A DNA stretch of 64,000 nucleotides from Ranitomeya imitator (taxonomy: Eukaryota): contig NC_091289.1 in the NCBI RefSeq assembly GCF_032444005.1, forward strand, positions 179,118,001 through 179,182,000. Reading direction: 5' to 3'. Numbering within the stretch: position 1 is the first letter of the stretch; the number at the start of each line of letters is the position of its first letter. The translations under genes and the position numbers were made by a program. The notes under the pieces are model-generated. The model ran no database searches. It saw nothing but the letters and a program-made list of their open reading frames with translations, and was not told the DNA's origin. Positions 1 to 13,595 of this stretch are shown piece by piece.

Positions 1-36
1 CAGACAGACAGACAGACAGAAAGACAGACAGACAGA
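1..36 (+). repeat. (CAGA)n microsatellite
   Basis: Direct reading of the sequence. Confidence 0.95.
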
Positions 37-751
37 AAAACCCTTAGGCAATTATATATATAGATGAGGACTAAGTGGTGCTCATACTGTATGAAGGACT
101 ATGTGGGGCCATTATACTATATGGAGGACTATGGGGGGCCTATTATACTATATGGAAGACTGTGTGGGGATCAAAGTTGGGGCATCATTGTGTTGAGGTC
201 ATCATACTTTGATATAGTAGAGTCGTCATTCTGTTCGCGTAGAGCGTACTGTGGAAAAATCATACTGTGTTTGGGGGGCTCTTTTGTTGCCATCACACTT
301 TATTATCTCTATTATTTATTAATTCAAGTTTTTTTTTATCCTTTATTACATATTTAAATTAGGCCATTTGGGCCATATGCTTTTTACTGCTCTTACATAA
401 CATATTATATTACTCCAGTATTCCCCATTTGTGATTGTATTTTATTATTAGATCTATTAACTCACACTTTTGTTTCAATATGAAAAGGGTTTATCATATT
501 TAATGATCAGGAAAAAACTTCCTCAATTGTAGACTTTTTTTTTTCTAAATATATATCACGGTTGGCCCAAGACTTTGTCCAAGTTTTTTTATTTTGGCCC
601 TCTGGGTATTTGAGTTTGGCGTCCCTGCCCCAATGTTTCTAATTCTAAATTATATTTATATTAAAGACTTTTTGTTAACATTGTAGTTATGGTTTACAGA
701 ATTCCTACTGCAAGCATTCATTGACTACAAACATCAAAGCATTTGTTTTAC

Positions 752-3700
752 CTTTCTTGTCTCTTTCGTGTTCCACATTTTTATGTGAGGAGAACTGTTT
801 ACTGACCAAATACGGCACCAGCTCCCGTCGAATGGAAGAGAAGGAGCTGCAGTAAGGGAGACAAGAAAATATACAGCCTCCTGTAATACACAAGAATCTG
901 ATAGCATCCACATAATGTCTGATGTACTGGTCCTAAGTTACATCCTGTATTATACTCCAGAGCTGCCCTCACTATTCTGCAGGTGCAGTCACTGTGTACA
1001 TACATTACATTACTGATCCTGAGTTACATCCTGTATTATACCCCAGAGCTGCACTCACTATTCTGCTGGTGCAGTCACTGTGTACATACATTACATTACT
1101 GGTCCTAAGTTACATCCTGTATTATACTCCAGAGCTGCCCTCACTATTCTGCTGGTGCAGTCACTGTGTACATATATTACTGATTCTGTGTTACATCCTG
1201 TATTATACTCCAGAGCTGCCCTCACTATTCTGCTGGTGCAGTCACTGTGTACATACATTACTGATCCTGAGTTACATCCTGTATTATACTCCAGAGCTGC
1301 ACTCACTATTCTGCTGGTGCAGTCACTGTGTACATACATTACATTACTGATCCTAAGTTACATCCTGTATTATACTCCAGAGCTGCCCTCACTATTCTGC
1401 TGGTGCAGTCACTGTGTACATACATTACTGATCCTGTGTTACATCCTGTATTATACTCCAGAGCTGCGCTCACTATTCTGCTGGTGCAGTCATTGTACAT
1501 ACATCACATTTCTTATCGTCACATTTACATACTCATTGTCAGCTAAGAAATCCACCACATATTTGCGCAGACAGTACAGATGTGCGTCCAACATTCCCAT
1601 CTTCATGTGGATACGTGGATACCTAGAAGTGGAAAGGGGAACATAAACAGGTAATATTTTGGGAGTGTAATATAACGTCTATTAAGTCTTAAATGACATA
1701 TTACAGGGAACCTGTAGTTAGATTCTTGCTGCTCGTACCGCGGACACTGACAGCGTGACGAAGACACCAGACGGCCTTCGAATAATCACACGGAGGCCCC
1801 CGGCCAACTCTGGGTGACATGCACGGTCAGGCTCTGTATGTCCTGCCTGTGATCGGGCAGCCTGAACCTCCGGTCAGGTTCCCTGTAAGGCACCTCATAC
1901 ATATAGGGTGGTCATCCAGTCCCACCAAAACCTGCCAGCTCAGCAAACATCTATGTTATTGTGTGCAGCCACCTCAAGAGCTTTTATGAGCTCAGCATTC
2001 GGAGAACTGCTAGATCTGCAGCAGATGAATTTATCAAAACTGCAGCAATCAACGCAGTAAGTGACATCGCCAGAATCAGGGTTTCTGCCCCTACATCATG
2101 CTGCGCTCATATTAAATGGTTAAGCTTGGTAACAGATTCCCTTTAAAGAGAACCTGTCACCAGGTCAAAAGTTCCATATTTTTGTTGTTATTTTATTCCC
2201 AGTGTTCCCCTAAGTAATTGTTTCATATTTTTTTTTCAATCCGCCATACGGTTCACTTTTGACCTGGCGACAGGTCCTCTGTAAAGGGGATCCAGAGCCT
2301 CCAGCTTCTACATTGCGGGCGAGTGGTGCCAATGGCTTTAAGACCCCACGTATCTGCCGAGACTTGTGCAGGATCGGCAGGTATCGGGCATGTATACCTT
2401 TTTAATGCTGGATAACCCCTTCAATATTCTCAATAGGAAGCAACTCCGCAAAAAAAAACGTCACATTGCACATAGAGAATGCTGCCCACCTTTCCAGACT
2501 CCTAATTCTAAATAAATGTCAAGTGCACTGTCCCTTCCAGTCAGTCTACACTGTAGAAATTATCATTACATTCATAAACCAGGATGAATGGAGGTTCAGG
2601 TCCTTTCCAGTGCTGCAGCAGATCGTGTTATAGCTCTGTCCATCCTGATCCACCTGATGCATGAACAGACTGCAAGATCCACATTTTACACAGGAGAGAG
2701 TTCTGATGATCATCTAATAAAAAGGGTGACAATATGCTGTGCCACAACCACCGAGGGTTCAGCCTGGGCAAATATACGGCTATTTATCCTACAAGAGGCA
2801 CATTGTGCCCAAGGATATAAATATCGGTCATCCCCCTGCATGCAACATCTGGTAAGAGTGGGTGGCTGCGTAACACCAAAATATCCAAAGGGGCAGAGAA
2901 AATGACCTCAGGATGAGCACAGGTCATAGGTTAATTGGTTGAAGGGTCGCACTGATCTCTGCAGGTTCGGCTTCTTCCTTGGCTACTTCATCTCTCAGAA
3001 CTTCAACTGAAAGTTTGGAAAGTTTTTGAAGTGTCTGATTGGTTGCAGCCTTGTTTTATGGTGCGGAGATGGAGAACGAAAAACTGATCAATTTTTTCCT
3101 ATCCTGTGTTTATTGGACGAGAGGCTATTTTTGACTCATGTAGGACGAACATGATAACAGAACCATGACGGAAATGTGGCTTGTCACTGCGCAGAGATTT
3201 TCAACAGTGAAAAGCCCATATAGATCCACTGCATTACAGCATCATATTATTGACTCCCTCCAGCAGCCATGAGGGATGACGCTCCCCCATAACATGGAGA
3301 GGGGTGACATAGTGACCCCATATGTGAGACGTGTCTGAGACCTCCCGTCAGTCACCGCAGACCATCAGCGGAGTGTATACTCGGTGATTCATCAATTCCG
3401 GTGCCCCCTGAAGCAACACACCTGGGACTAACAGCTGCCAGACCGACCCGCTGGACGCTAATTACGGCATGAATCCCCGGATCGTCGCCCACGTGCAGAG
3501 GAATGTGGCTACGTCACCCCCGGGTATAGTAACATGGCGGGATTGTGCGGACTCACCGCTGGAAGATGCATTTCTTCAGGTCTAGACCATCGTCCAGGTC
3601 CTCCTCATTAGCCAGCAGCAGGAGTCGTGATCCACTGTCGTCCACTCCAATGAAATCTCGCTCCTCCACTGACAATAAGAAGAATGGTTAATAATGGCGA

Positions 3701-6700
3701 ACTACAGGAGCAGAATACAGGCTCCATATAATACATCACGCTCTGCAGCTTCAATTAATCTTATTTAATAAACACATTTAAAAAATTTTTTTTAACTTTT
3801 TCCGATGGAGAAAGAACATTTTTCTTTTCTGTTGCTGCTGCTGACGGATCGGCTGCTGACGGATCTGCTGCTCTTATTGTGCTTCATTTCTTAGGAGTTT
3901 GATTATGGAAAATGTCTAAATATAGGAAACCACAACGCAGCGCTGGATGCGCCGTACAATGGATAGCAATGGCCCCGACTGCCACTCACCGGCCTTCTGC
4001 TTCCCTTTCTGCCCGGGGACATGCTCACTAGGCTCTGGAGCTTTCCGCATCAGCATGGCGAGGGTGGCGTTGTGGGCCCGAAACAGGTCAACCACTTCAT
4101 GCAAAGCAACTTCTGTGATGAGGTCGCAGCTGAGCACCAGGACGTCGCTCTAGAGTAAATCAAAGGAGTCGGACAAGAGACAAAATACATCTCCCAAATA
4201 TCTGATTCATTATGGTCATTTACTGCAAACAGCTCCATTCACTTCAAGAGCTGCGTTCACAATCCTTACACTCCAGTCACATCCAGAGCCACATGCATTT
4301 CCAGAGCAACATTCACTAAGTTAATACTGCAGACACGTCCAGAGAGGAATTAACCTCCAGAGCAACATTTACAATGCTACTACTCCAGTCACATCTAGAG
4401 CTGCATTCACCTCCACAGCAGTCATTACTGAGCTTATACTCCAGTCACATCCAGAGCTGAATTCATTTCGAGAGCAACATTCAAAATGCTTCTACTCCAG
4501 TGGCATCAAGAGCCGAATTCTCCTCCAGAGCAACATTTACTATGCTTCGAGTCCAGTCACATCCAGAGCTGCATTCACTTCCAGACCAGCATTCACAAGG
4601 CTAATACTTCAGAGTTGTGTTTTTAAGTCTTTTGCTATTCTATAAGGAGTAACCTGTGTTATTTCTAGTGCAGCTCCGGATGTGATTGGAGTATAATGTC
4701 TAAATAAAATCAGGAACATAGTAAAATAAGTAAAAGTCAGTTTCAGATGTGTGAGGCCTCATACGGACATACTTTTAGTATGCAAGAAAAACAATCCGTG
4801 TATAATTAAGTGCGCTGGTTCCGATCTTCATCTATTATCACCTGCGTGTTACTTTCTACCATCAATGTGTCATCTGATCTTCTCATATGTAAACATAATC
4901 ACAAATGTCCAAGCTTCTCCTACCCAGGGTAACATCTCCGATATTCCTGCAGTGGAGCGTGCGGCGAGCAGACACTGCAGCAGCAGGGCAAGATATGGGG
5001 TCAGGTCTGGCAGATATAGGAGGCCGTGGTCCTGGGTGGTTTTACCTTAATCTTCGAGTAGATGTGTCGCAGAGAGTCCGCAGTCCCCCTCTCTGACGCC
5101 TTATCATCGGGCAGACACACAACATCCACCTTCATTTTCATTTTCATGTCTGGGATACATTTCTGAACTTCTCGAGTCGTCACTACAATGACCTCTGAGA
5201 GCAAAGAGACCACACGTTAACCTTTAGGAGGGTTTGTCTTAAAGGGGTTTTCTGTTTTGTTTTTTTCCTCAGCAAACCTTTGTTATCCTTCTATCATTTG
5301 TTTTAAAAACAAACTCTTCCTTACACACCCTCCCCAGGTCCAGCGCTGAGTCTCTGCCATAGATCCCACCGTTTATTATTTTCTGCAGCGCCGACATCAC
5401 GTTGAAAGCGCTGCAGCCAATCAGTGATCTCAGTGGTAGCGCCCAAGTTAACGGCAGGTGCCGATGAACTCACTGATTGGCTGCAACGCTGTCAACAAGA
5501 TGTCAGAGTTGTAGACGCCAGTAGGAATGGCAGAGACTTAGCTGGGGTTTTCTGAAACTTCAAAACACCTCTAAATAAAAGAAAAGAAGAAATAATAAAA
5601 ACTTAAATCAATTCGTCTGTTACTCCGTTTCTGGGAAAGCTGAGTGACAACCATTATAGCTATTATATCTCCCGCAGGCGATCGCCCAGTCAAGTGACGG
5701 CAGCAGGCGATCGCCCAGTCAAGTGACGGCAGCAGGCGATCGCCCAGTCAAGTGACGGCAGCAGGCGATCGCCCAGTCAAGTGACCGCAGCAGGCGATCG
5801 CCCAGTCAAGTGACCGCAGCAGGCCATCGCCCAGTCAAGTGACCGCAGCAGGCGATCGCCCAGTCAAGTGACCGCAGCAGGCGATCGCCCAGTCAAGTGA
5901 CCGCAGCAGGCGATTGGAGGACGCATCACAGCATAACTAGATACATTAACCATTCAGAAATCCTGAAAAGTTGGGTGACAACCACTGTGGCAGCTGTACT
6001 GAAAGCCTTGTTGGTTGTCACCAGATTTCCCAAAAGCCGCGTGGCCAATTGTTTAGAGCAGGGGTCCCCAACTCCAGTCCTCAAGGCCCACCAACAGGTC
6101 ATGTTTTCAGGATTTCCTTAGTATTGCACAGGTGATAATTGCATAAAGGTACCTTCACACATAACGATATTGTTAACGATATCGTTGCTTTTTGTGACGT
6201 AGCAACGATATCGTTAATGAAATCGTTATGTGTGACAGCGACCAACGATCAGGCCCCTGCTGGGAGATCGTTGGTCGCTGAAGAAAGTCCAGAACTTTAT
6301 TTCGTCGCTGGATCTCCCGTGGACATCGCTGGATCGGCGTGTGTGACACCGATCCAGCGATGTCTTCACTGGTAACCAGGGTAAACATCGGGTAACTAAG
6401 CGCAGGGCCGCGCTTAGTAACCCGATGTTTACCCTGGTTACCATCCTAAAAGTAAAAAAAAACAAACACTACATACTTACCTACAGCCGTCTGTCCTCCA
6501 GCGCTGCGCTCTGCACTCCTCCTGTACTGGCTGTGAGCGTCGGTCAGCCGGAAAGAAGAGCGGTGACGTCACCGCTCTGCTTTCCGGCCGCTGTGCTCAC
6601 ACAGACAGTACAGGAGGAGTGCAGAGCACAGCGCTGGAGGACAGACGGCTGTAGGTAAGTATGTAGTGTTTGTTTTTTTTTACTTTTAGGATGGTAACCA

Positions 6701-7148
6701 GGGTAAACATCGGGTTACTAAGCGCGGCCCTGCGCTTAGTTACCCGATGTTTACCCTGGTTACCGGCATCGTTGGTCGCTGGAGAGCGGTCTGTGTAACA
6801 GCTCTCCAGCGACCAAACAGCGACGCTGCAGCGATCCGGATGGTTGTCGGTATCGCTGCAGCGTCGCTTAATGTGAAGGGGCCTTTACCTGTGCAAAACA
6901 AAGGAAAACCTGAAAACATGATCTGTTGGTGGGCCTTGAGGACTGGAGTTGGGGAACACTGGTTTAGAGCAGATGTGACTACACCAGGACTCACCCTCAA
7001 ATCCTGCCCGCTCCAGCATGTTCAGTGGGTACCACAGCAGAGGTTTATTGCCCACAGGGAGCAGCGGCTTTGGAATACTCGTGGTTAGGTCCTGCATCCG
7101 GGACCCCCCATAAATCGCCATCACCACCGCCTGTAACTCCACCGCCAT
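752..7148 (-). CDS. EIF2B3: Translation initiation factor eIF2B gamma subunit, 5' part; the 3' exons lie beyond the left edge
   Basis: Coding exons on the minus strand: 7148-6995 ([51 protein letters not shown]), 5194-5046, 4149-3990 ([26 protein letters not shown]), 3668-3557, 1622-1533 ([26 protein letters not shown]), 846-752 ([20 protein letters not shown]). All introns are GT-AG with consistent phases. The peptide matches remembered human eIF2B-gamma. The last donor (752) is the least certain boundary. Confidence 0.96.
895..1505 (+). repeat. 86-bp tandem repeat array filling EIF2B3 intron 6
   Basis: Unit GATCCTGAGTTACATCCTGTATTATACTCCAGAGCTGCACTCACTATTCTGCTGGTGCAGTCACTGTGTACATACATTACATTACT, with 81-bp variants; about 7 copies. 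Confidence 0.95.
2147..2280. mobile_element. Short TTAA-type MITE; one of many decayed copies (for example about 1700-1900, 5240-5580, 8630-8960, 21640-21860, 32820-33200)
   Basis: TTAA followed by AGAGAACCTGTCACCAGGTCAAAAG .. CTTTTGACCTGGCGACAGGTCCTCT. Confidence 0.7.
4265..4610 (+). repeat. Degenerate tandem repeat of about 56 bp in EIF2B3 intron 3
   Basis: Recurrent ACTCCAGTCACATCCAGAGCTGCATTCAC near 4270, 4381, 4437, 4492 and 4550. Confidence 0.7.
5674..5912 (+). repeat. 29-bp minisatellite in EIF2B3 intron 2
   Basis: (GCAGGCGATCGCCCAGTCAAGTGACSGCA) about 8 copies. Confidence 0.95.
6059..6961. mobile_element. hAT-type MITE interrupted by a Harbinger-type MITE
   Basis: TIR CAGGGGTCCCCAACTCCAGTCCTCAAGG with an 8-bp TSD GTTTAGAG (6051-6058 and 6962-6969). 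Confidence 0.9.
6147..6884. mobile_element. PIF/Harbinger-type foldback MITE
   Basis: Termini AGGTACCTTCACAC / GTGAAGGGGCCT flanked by TAA / TTA. Internal palindromes GGTAACCAGGGTAAACATCGGG..CCCGATGTTTACCCTGGTTACC. Confidence 0.8.
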
Positions 7149-7915
7149 CCTGCAGGGGGGGACAGTGAGAAAATGACAACATTATACTAAGAAATCATCT
7201 AAAATCCTCAATTATTAAAGGGCCAGCGAACAACGCGTCAGTCTACTGAGAAAACCTCTGCGACCTTCAGGCAGGATTTCTGTCGCTTGTTCACGATTTT
7301 CAATATCTCCGATTGCTTTCAGGGAATGATAACGTTCTTGTTGAGTCCGGATGCTGGAAACCTTCTAATGTAACAGATCACGCTGGGTTTGTTTGTTTGC
7401 TTTTTTACTAATATTAAGGACAATATTATTAAACCGGCCATTGTTTCCATTCACAGTAAGCTGTTTTCGTTGCACGGCGACTGCTGCGCTCCCGTTCATT
7501 ACCAGGGGAGACACCGGCGACTTTCTGTGGTAAAATCGCCACAACTTACAAGACGACAATTTTACCACATGACAGCTCCACGTACAAGGGCCTGAAAAAA
7601 TGGGAGACAATGACGAAACCCACAGTCTGACGCCAGAACTGCTGGGACTTGTAGTCTGCAGCTGGAGAACCCACATTACAAGACAGGAAGGTCCTACTGA
7701 CAGCTGGGGATTGTAGTTCCACACTTGCTGTTCTCCATCTGGCAGGGAAGGCATGCTGGGACTTGTAGTCGTCGCAGGGTTATAGATAAGAGATCGGTCA
7801 GTGGCAGGAAGGGGGTGTGCACTGAGCGAGCGGACGTTTATCACCCCCTGCTGCACTGACAGCGCCATAACACCGGGGCCGGCGCCCCCAGGGTGAGTGA
7901 GGGACCCCCCGATAC

Positions 7916-7995
7916 CTGACAGTCTGCAGCGGTCCCGGCTCCTGCAGAATCCACAGTTCCGGCGTCGGAAGACGGGTCCCGCTCAGGGACAAAAA
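7916..7995 (-). other. EIF2B3: Probable non-coding first exon (5'UTR) of EIF2B3
   Basis: GC-rich segment ending in the donor CAG|GTATCG at 7916/7915. A matching acceptor ccccccctgcag|gATG lies at 7150/7149, just before the start codon. The upstream boundary is approximate. Confidence 0.65.
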
Positions 7996-8017
7996 GAATG
8001 TGAAAGCGAACACCGAC

Positions 8018-8060
8018 CACGTGCTCTCCACGTGCTGCGTGCAGGCTGCTGTCACGTGAC
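8018..8060. promoter_or_regulatory. EIF2B3 proximal promoter with three CACGTG E-boxes
   Basis: CACGTG at 8018-8023, 8029-8034 and 8053-8058; the last lies within GTCACGTGAC (8051-8060). They are immediately upstream of the putative first exon. Confidence 0.6.
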
Positions 8061-9077
8061 CACAATGACTGCGCCGCTATAATAGTCTTATTATTACCGT
8101 TATGTAGATATTGTTTGTGTATGGCATATGGGGGTCACACCCCTGAGACCCTGCTAATAATCCTTCCCCCTTTTTTATGTCCTAAGTTATACTTTTCTTT
8201 CTTTAATTGCATTTATGTATTTTTTTTTAATTAATTTTGATATTATTTTTGGACATTTTAGTAATTTTGGAGCAGAAAGAATGGGAAAAAAAACAGCATT
8301 TCCACTATTGTTTTTTATGATTATGTCGGCGCTGTACATAACCTAATCCTACTCTTCATGCGATTATGATTTATATAGTTTTTATTTAACTTTTCTGGAA
8401 TAATATATATATTTATATTATAATATATATTTATATATTATATATATTATTAATACAAAATAGTTATTTTTTTGTTGTTGTTGCTAATTTAAAGAGCCGG
8501 GATGTTTGTATTTTTGCGTCAGGGCTTCTTTTTTTGCAGTATGACATGTAAGTATCATTGGTATTATTTTCCATCTAATGTTTTTAAATTACTTTTACTA
8601 TTGATTTTAGGAGGTGGAATTAAAAGGGTTTTCTCCCGGGCTGCAGGTCGTTTAAAAAAAAAATTGTTGTTTTATACCCTCCCCTGGTCCAGCGCTGAGT
8701 CTCCATCGCTCCTCCCAGTGTCTGTTGTTATCACTTCGATAGCGCTGCAGCCAATCATCGAGCTCAGCAGCTCTGCCCAAGTTGACGGTTGCTGAGATCA
8801 CTGATTGGCTGCAGCGCTCTCAAAGATACATCAGTGCTGCAGACGATAACAGACACTAGGAGCAGCAGCGGAGACTGAACGCAGCTCTATGCAATGTGTA
8901 GTGTCTCGGAGCCGCCACTACATATGCATGGAACCAAAAAAGCTGACTGTGCCTTTAAATTTCATAGAACATGCTAGAAACCAATGTTCTAGCTTTAGAA
9001 GCATCAGAGAGGCTAATTGTCATCATTTGAGCTCAGCTGATTTCATGTCTGTGATACACAAACTGTAGCAAACTTAT

Positions 9078-12000
9078 AACACACAGAGCATTTTACTGAT
9101 ATATACAACACACAGAGCATTCTACTGATATATACAACACACAGAGCATTCTACTGATATATACAACACACAGAGCATTCTACTGATATATACAACACAC
9201 AGAGCAGTCTACTGATAGATACAACACACAGAGCATTCTACTGATAGATACAACACACTGAGCATTCTACTGATAGATACAACACACAGAGCATTCTACT
9301 GATACATACAACACACAGAGCATTGTAGTGATATACAACACACAGAGCATCGTAGGGATATACAACACACAGAGCATTCTACTGATAGATATACAACACA
9401 CAGAGCATTCTACTGATAGATACAACACACAGAGCATTCTACTGATAGATACCACACACAGAGCATTCTACTGATAGATACAACACACAGAACATTCTAC
9501 TGATAGATACCACACACAGAGCATTCTACTGATAGATACAACACACAGAACATTCTACTGATAGATACAACACACAGAGCATTCTACTGATAGATACCAC
9601 ACACAGAGCATTCCACTGATAGATACAACACACAGAACATTCTACTGATAGATACAACACACAGAGCATTCTACTGATAGATACCACACACAGAGCATTC
9701 TACTGATAGATACCACACGCAGAGCATTCTACTGATAGATACAACACACAGAACATTCTACTGATATACAACACAGAGCATTCCACTGATAGATACAACA
9801 CACAGAGCATTCTACTGATAGATACAACACACAGAGCATTCTACTGATAGATACAACACACAGAGCATTCTACTGATATACAACACACAGAGCATTGTAC
9901 TGATAGATACAACACACAGAGCATTCTACTGATATAGATAGAGCCCGATATGTCATGGACTCCTATACCCCACCCTGGAAACATCCCCTATCCTCTAAAA
10001 GGAATTTGATATTCCCTGGACCTCTATATGCCCCCCCTCCCCCACCCCCGTATTTTTACCATATGCTTTGGCAATGCTAACATGTACTTAGTCCTGCCAA
10101 TAAAGCTCATTTGAATTTGAATTTGAATATACAACACACAGAGCATTGTACTGATAGATACAACACACATAGCATTCTACTGATAGATACAACACACCGA
10201 GCATTCTACTGATAGATACAACACACAGAGCATTGTACTGATAGATACAACACACAGAGCATTCTACTGATAGCAATACAACACAGGGAACATTCTACTG
10301 ATAGATACAACACACAGAGCATTGTACTGATAGATACAACACAGAGCATTCTACTGATAGATACAACACACAGAGCATTCTACTGATAGATACAACACAC
10401 AGAGCATTCTACTGATAGATACAACACACAGAGCATTCTACTGATAGATACAACACACAGAGCATTCTACTGATAGATACAACACACAGAGCATTCTACT
10501 GATAGATACAACACACAGAGCATTCTACTGATAGATACAACACACAGAGCATTCTACTGATAGATACAACACACAGAGCATTCTACTGATAGATACAACA
10601 CACAGAGCATTCTACTGATAGCTATACAACACAGGGAACATTCTACTGATAGATACAACACACAGATCATTCTACTGATAGATACAACACACATAGCATT
10701 CTACTGATAGATACAACACACAGAGCATTCTACTGATAGATACAACACACAGAGCATTGTACTGATAGATACAACACACAGAGCATTCTACTGATAGATA
10801 CAACACACATAGCATTCTACTGATAGATACAACACACAGAGCATTGTACTGATAGATACAACACACATAGCATTCTACTGATAGATACAACACACCGAGC
10901 ATTCTACTGATAGATACAACACACAGAGCATTGTACTGATAGATACAACACACAGAGCATTCTACTGATAGCAATACAACACAGGGAACATTCTACTGAT
11001 AGATACAACACACAGAGCATTATACTGATAGATACAACACAGAGCATTCTACTGATAGATACAACACACAGAGCATTCTACTGATAGATACATCACACAG
11101 AGCATTCTACTGATAGATACAACACACAGAGCATTCTACTGATAGATACAACACACAGAGCATTCTACTGATAGATACAACACACAGAGCATTCTACTGA
11201 TATACAACACACAGAGTATTCTACTGATAGATACAACACACAGAGCATTCTACTGATAGATACAACACACAGAGCATTCTACTGATAGATACAACACACA
11301 GAGCATTCTACTGATAGCTATACAACACAGGGAACATTCTACTGATAGATGCAACACACAGATCATTCTACTGATAGATACAACACACATAGCATTCTAC
11401 TGATAGATACAACACAGAGAGCATTCTACTGATAGATACAACACACAGAGCATTGTACTGATAGATACAACACACAGAGCATTCTACTGATAGATACAAC
11501 ACACATAGCATTCTACTGATAGATACAACACACAGAGCATTGTACTGATAGATACAACACACAGAGCATTCTACTGATAGCTATACAACACAGGGAACAT
11601 TCTACTGATAGATACAACATGCAGAGCATTCTACTGATATACAACACACAGAGCATTCTACTGATAGATATACAACACACAGAGCATTCTACTGATAGAT
11701 ACAACACACAGAGCATTCTACTGATAGATACAACAAACAGAGCATTCTACTGATAGATACAACACACAGAGCATTCTACTGATAGATACAACACACAGAG
11801 CATTCTACTGATAGATACAACACACAGAGTATTCTAGTGCTATAACTATCATTAGAATGATCTGTGTGTTGTATCTATCAGAATGCTCTGTGTGTTGTAG
11901 ATCTATCAGTAGAATGCTCTGTGTTGTATCTATGAGTAGAATGTTCCATGTGTTGTATATCTATCAGTACAATGCTCTGTGTGTTGCATAGCTATCACTA

Positions 12001-13590
12001 GAATGCTCTGTGTGTTGTATATCTATCAGTACAATGCTGTGTGTTTTATCTATCAGTAGAATGCTCTCTGTGTTGTAGCTATTAGTAGAATGCTCTATGT
12101 GTTGTAGCTATGAGTAGAATGTTCCCTGTGTTGTATAGCTATAAGTAGAATGCTCTGTGTGTTGTATAGCTATCAGTAGAATGCTCTGTGTGTTGTATAG
12201 CTATTAGTAGAATGCTCTGTGTGTTGTATAGCTATCAGTAGAATACTCTGTGTTGTATCTATCAGTACAATGCTGTGTTGTATCTATCAGTAGAATGCTG
12301 TGTGTTCTAGCTATGAGTAGAATGTTCCCTGTGTTGTATAGCTATCAGTAGAATGCTCTGTGTGTTGTATCAGTACAATGCTGTGTGTTGTATCTAACAA
12401 AACAATACTCTGTGTGTTGTATATCTATCAGTACAATTCTCTGTGTGTTTTAATATCTATCAGTAGAATGCTGTGTGTTGTATCTATCAATAGAATGCTC
12501 TGTGTGTTGTATATCTATCAGTAGAATGCTGTGTGTTGTATCTATCAGTACAATGCTGTGTGTTGTATCTATGAGTAGAATGTTCCCTGTGTTGTATAGC
12601 TATCAGTAGAATGCTCTGTGTGTTGTATAGCTATCAGTAGAATGCTCTGTGTGTTGTATCTATCAGTAGAATGCTCTTTTTGTTGTATAGCTATCAGTAG
12701 AATGCTCTGTGTGTTGTATCTATCAGTAGAATGCTCTATGTGTTGTATAGCTATCAGTAGAATGCTCTGTGTGTTGTATCTATCAGTAGAATGCTCTTTG
12801 TGTTGTATAGCTATCAGTAGAATGTTCTGTGTGTTGTATAGCTATCAGTAGAATGCTCTGTGTGTTGTATCTATCAGTAGAATGCTCTATGTGTTGTACC
12901 TATGAGTAGAATGTCCCCTGTGTTGTATAGCTATCAGCAGAATGCTCTGTGTTGTATAGCTATCAGTAGAATGCTCTGTGTGTTCCATAGCTATCAGTAG
13001 AATATTGTGTGTTGTATAGCTATCAGTAGAATGCTCTGTGTGTTGTATCTATCAGTAGAATGCTCTATGTGTTGTACCTATGAGTAGAATGTTCCCTGTG
13101 TTGTATAGCTATCAGCAGAATGCTGTGTGTTGTAGCTATAAGTAGAATGCTCTGTGTGTTGCATAGCTATCAGTAGAATATTGTGTGTTGTATAGCTATC
13201 AGTAGAATGCTCTGTGTGTTGTATCTATCAGGCGAATGCTCTGTGTGTTGTATCTATGACTAGAATGCTCTGTGTGTTGTACATATCAGTACAATGCTGT
13301 GTGTTGTATATATCAGTAGAATGCTCTGTGTGTTGTATCTATCAGGCGAATGCTCTGTGTGTTGTATCTATGACTAGAATGCTCTGTGTGTTGTACATAT
13401 CAGTACAATGCTGTGTGTTGTATATATCAGTAGAATGCTCTGTGTGTTGTATCTATCAGTAGAATATTGTGTGTTATATAGCTATCAGTACAATGCTCTG
13501 TGTGTTGTATCTATCAGTAGAATGCTCTGTATGTTGTATATCTATCAGTACAATGCTCTGTGTGTTGTATCTATCAGTAGAATGCTCTGT
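9078..13590. repeat. 29-bp minisatellite arranged as a large inverted (palindromic) array
   Basis: (ATACAACACACAGAGCATTCTACTGATAG)n from about 9078 to 11838, then its reverse complement from about 11845 to 13590. Confidence 0.95.
9941..10128 (+). mobile_element. Short 3' LINE-like fragment inserted in the 29-bp satellite
   Basis: Unique sequence ending in AATAAA (10099-10104) and a (TTGAAT)x3 tail; the family is not determined. Confidence 0.55.
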
Positions 13591-13595
13591 GTGGT

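Noticed and set aside
2962-3010. Plus-strand acceptor followed by [14 protein letters not shown]-stop in EIF2B3 intron 5
   Set aside because: It resembles a transmembrane tail, but no upstream exon or recognisable family was found, so it may be chance.
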